Made by a program: the position numbers and the translations under genes
Source: an uncultured Actinomycetes bacterium
GTDB lineage: Bacteria; Actinomycetota; Thermoleophilia; Gaiellales; JAICJC01
Reading direction: 5' to 3'
Length of the DNA: 64,000 bases
NCBI GenBank assembly: GCA_963755675.1
Contig: CAVWLK010000087.1
Coordinates: 14,238 to 78,237 of the forward strand
Shown: positions 62,636 through 64,000 of the stretch, one piece after another
Layout of the letters: every line of letters begins with the position of its first letter
Position numbering within the stretch: position 1 is the stretch's first letter
Notes under the pieces: model-generated
Databases searched by the model: none
What the model was told of the DNA's origin: nothing
What the model saw: only the letters and a program-made list of their open reading frames with translations

Positions 62636-63100
62636 TCATTCAGGTCCGCCGCGTCGAGTGGCGTAACGCGGGCCGCAACCGCAAGCACCGCCCCATCCGT
62701 AACCACCGCCCCACGAGCGCCAGAGAAGCGGGCGCACGACGAAGAGGAAGAACACCGGGATGGCGAGCCAGAAGAGACGACCGCCGCTCAGCGCGATCGC
62801 TGCGATGAGGGCCAGTGGCAGGAGCGCGAACGGCCACGGACGCCGGCCCCACGGCCGGCTCATGGCGTGTGTCTCGCCCGGATCTCCAGGGAAGTCGCTG
62901 ACGAGTTGATCGAGGTCGGCGTAGGTCTTTGCCGCCATGCAGCGGTCGAGGCGCTCTTCGAACTCAGTGCTGTCGATCCGGCCCGCTACGTGTTGTTCGC
63001 GGAGGATGTCGGCGACCGCTTCGCGATCGCTGTCGGCGGCCCGGAGGTTCCGGTCGCGCGGTCCTCGATGACGCTCGTAACGTTTGTCGTTGTCTGGCAT
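62636..63100 (-). CDS. DUF1707 (SHOCT-like) membrane protein
   Basis: LRAADSDRE, GRID..EFEERL, DL..L..DFP, then TM helices. Confidence 0.85.
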   Translation of the reverse strand: MPDNDKRYERHRGPRDRNLRAADSDREAVADILREQHVAGRIDSTEFEERLDRCMAAKTYADLDQLVSDFPGDPGETHAMSRPWGRRPWPFALLPLALIAAIALSGGRLFWLAIPVFFLFVVRPLLWRSWGGGYGWGGACGCGPRYATRRGGPE

Positions 63101-64000
63101 GTCGGTCCTTTCGTTGGGGGTGCGCTGCTGGGCGGGACATCGGGGCCTTTCAGCGGTACCTCGCTGAGCAGGAGAATGATCGCCAAGGCCAGGGCGGCGA
63201 CTGGCGCCGCGACGATGAAGACCGCCTGGACGGCGTGGATGATCTCGGTGCGGGCTGCCGCGTTGACGTCGCCGAGTCCGCCGACGGCCGCGGACGCCGC
63301 AGAGGTTCCGACGCGTGCTGCAAAGACGGCGCCCAGGAGAGCCGCGCCGACAGCGCCGCCCAGCCCGCGAGAGAAGCTGGTGGTGGCCATGGCCACGCCG
63401 AGCTGCCGTCGGTCGACGTCGTTTTGGACGGCGACGATCAGCACCTGCCCAACCATGCCGAACCCCAGGCCGAATACGGCGAGGCCGACGCCGATTGTGA
63501 CCCGCGACGGGTTCGCAGCAACCACGGCCAGCTCCACCAGCGCAACGGTCATGAGTGCTGCGCCGGCCACGGGGAACCGCTTGTATCGGCCCGTGCGGGC
63601 GATGCTGCGCCCCGCGAGGTTGGTCGAGATGGCGATGCCGAGCATCATCGGCGCGAGCAGCAGCCCAGCTTGCGTGGGGGTGGCGCCTGTGGTCGTCTGC
63701 AGGAACAGCGGCACGAACACGTTGATGGCAAACAGCGAGGCGGTGGTGAGAAACAGCGCCGCGCTTGCGATCGCCACCGTGTGGGAGCGCAGCAGATCGA
63801 GCGGAACGATCGGGTCGGCCACGCGTCGTTCGCGCACCACGAGCGCACCGACCAGGATCACCGTCAAACTGATCAATCCCAGGATCTCCTGCGAGTCCCA
63901 GGCGTAGCGCCGGCCGCCCCAGACACAGGCGAGCATGAATCCGATCGTGGCGGCGGCGAGCATGACTGCACCCACGGCGTCCAAGGCTTGGCGGGTACGG
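62986..64000 (-). CDS. EmrB/QacA-like MFS transporter, 5' truncated by the window (3' end probably ~63100)
   Basis: DPIVPLDL, PLFLQ, TGRYK, AVQN, RGLGGAVG. Confidence 0.85.
   Translation of the reverse strand, partial: RTRQALDAVGAVMLAAATIGFMLACVWGGRRYAWDSQEILGLISLTVILVGALVVRERRVADPIVPLDLLRSHTVAIASAALFLTTASLFAINVFVPLFLQTTTGATPTQAGLLLAPMMLGIAISTNLAGRSIARTGRYKRFPVAGAALMTVALVELAVVAANPSRVTIGVGLAVFGLGFGMVGQVLIVAVQNDVDRRQLGVAMATTSFSRGLGGAVGAALLGAVFAARVGTSAASAAVGGLGDVNAAARTEIIHAVQAVFIVAAPVAALALAIILLLSEVPLKGPDVPPSSAPPTKGPTCQTTTNVTSVIEDRATGTSGPPTAIAKRSPTSSANNT

Noticed and set aside
62986..63100. Real 115-bp same-strand overlap of the MFS and DUF1707 genes
   Set aside because: The MFS tail is non-conserved, low-complexity sequence; a missed stop due to an indel near 63100-63130 is more likely.
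59099..64000. Genomic island integrated at tRNA-Tyr
   Set aside because: No integrase and no duplicated tRNA 3' end in the window; cannot be excluded beyond the edge.

Overview
GC-rich bacterial DNA, inferred to be Actinomycetota, probably Thermoleophilia/Gaiellales-like (pervasive leaderless TANNNT promoters, plsY, thyX, folE2, DUF1707/DUF4395 genes). It looks like an indel-prone long-read assembly: many conserved genes (cbs, lon, sodA, ABC transporter, cyclase) are broken by single frameshifts. Bases 1-~5515 are a degraded inverted mirror of ~5550-11164 folded inside a GAF-PAS-GGDEF-EAL gene, most likely a fold-back artefact. The rest is ~55 mostly housekeeping or metabolic genes plus tRNA-Tyr. 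The strongest unexplained signal is a ~116-nt structured non-coding element in three copies (8651-8766, 8952-9066, 10887-11002) around adenine deaminase. Each copy has its own TTGCTT-N17-TACCTT promoter and a fixed-spacing upstream box, has no downstream sense gene, and can fold as a rod with a bulged-G/GNRA apex or as a mutually exclusive 3' hairpin. It is a candidate undescribed multi-copy sRNA family. Other items: a 181-bp strand-biased hairpin, an AT-rich double-repeat element, three bidirectional promoters driving leaderless gene pairs, two unannotated small proteins, and a ycaQ gene embedded in a cbs-cgl operon. No CRISPR array, integrase or transposase is visible. All family assignments come from motif recognition by eye, with no database search.
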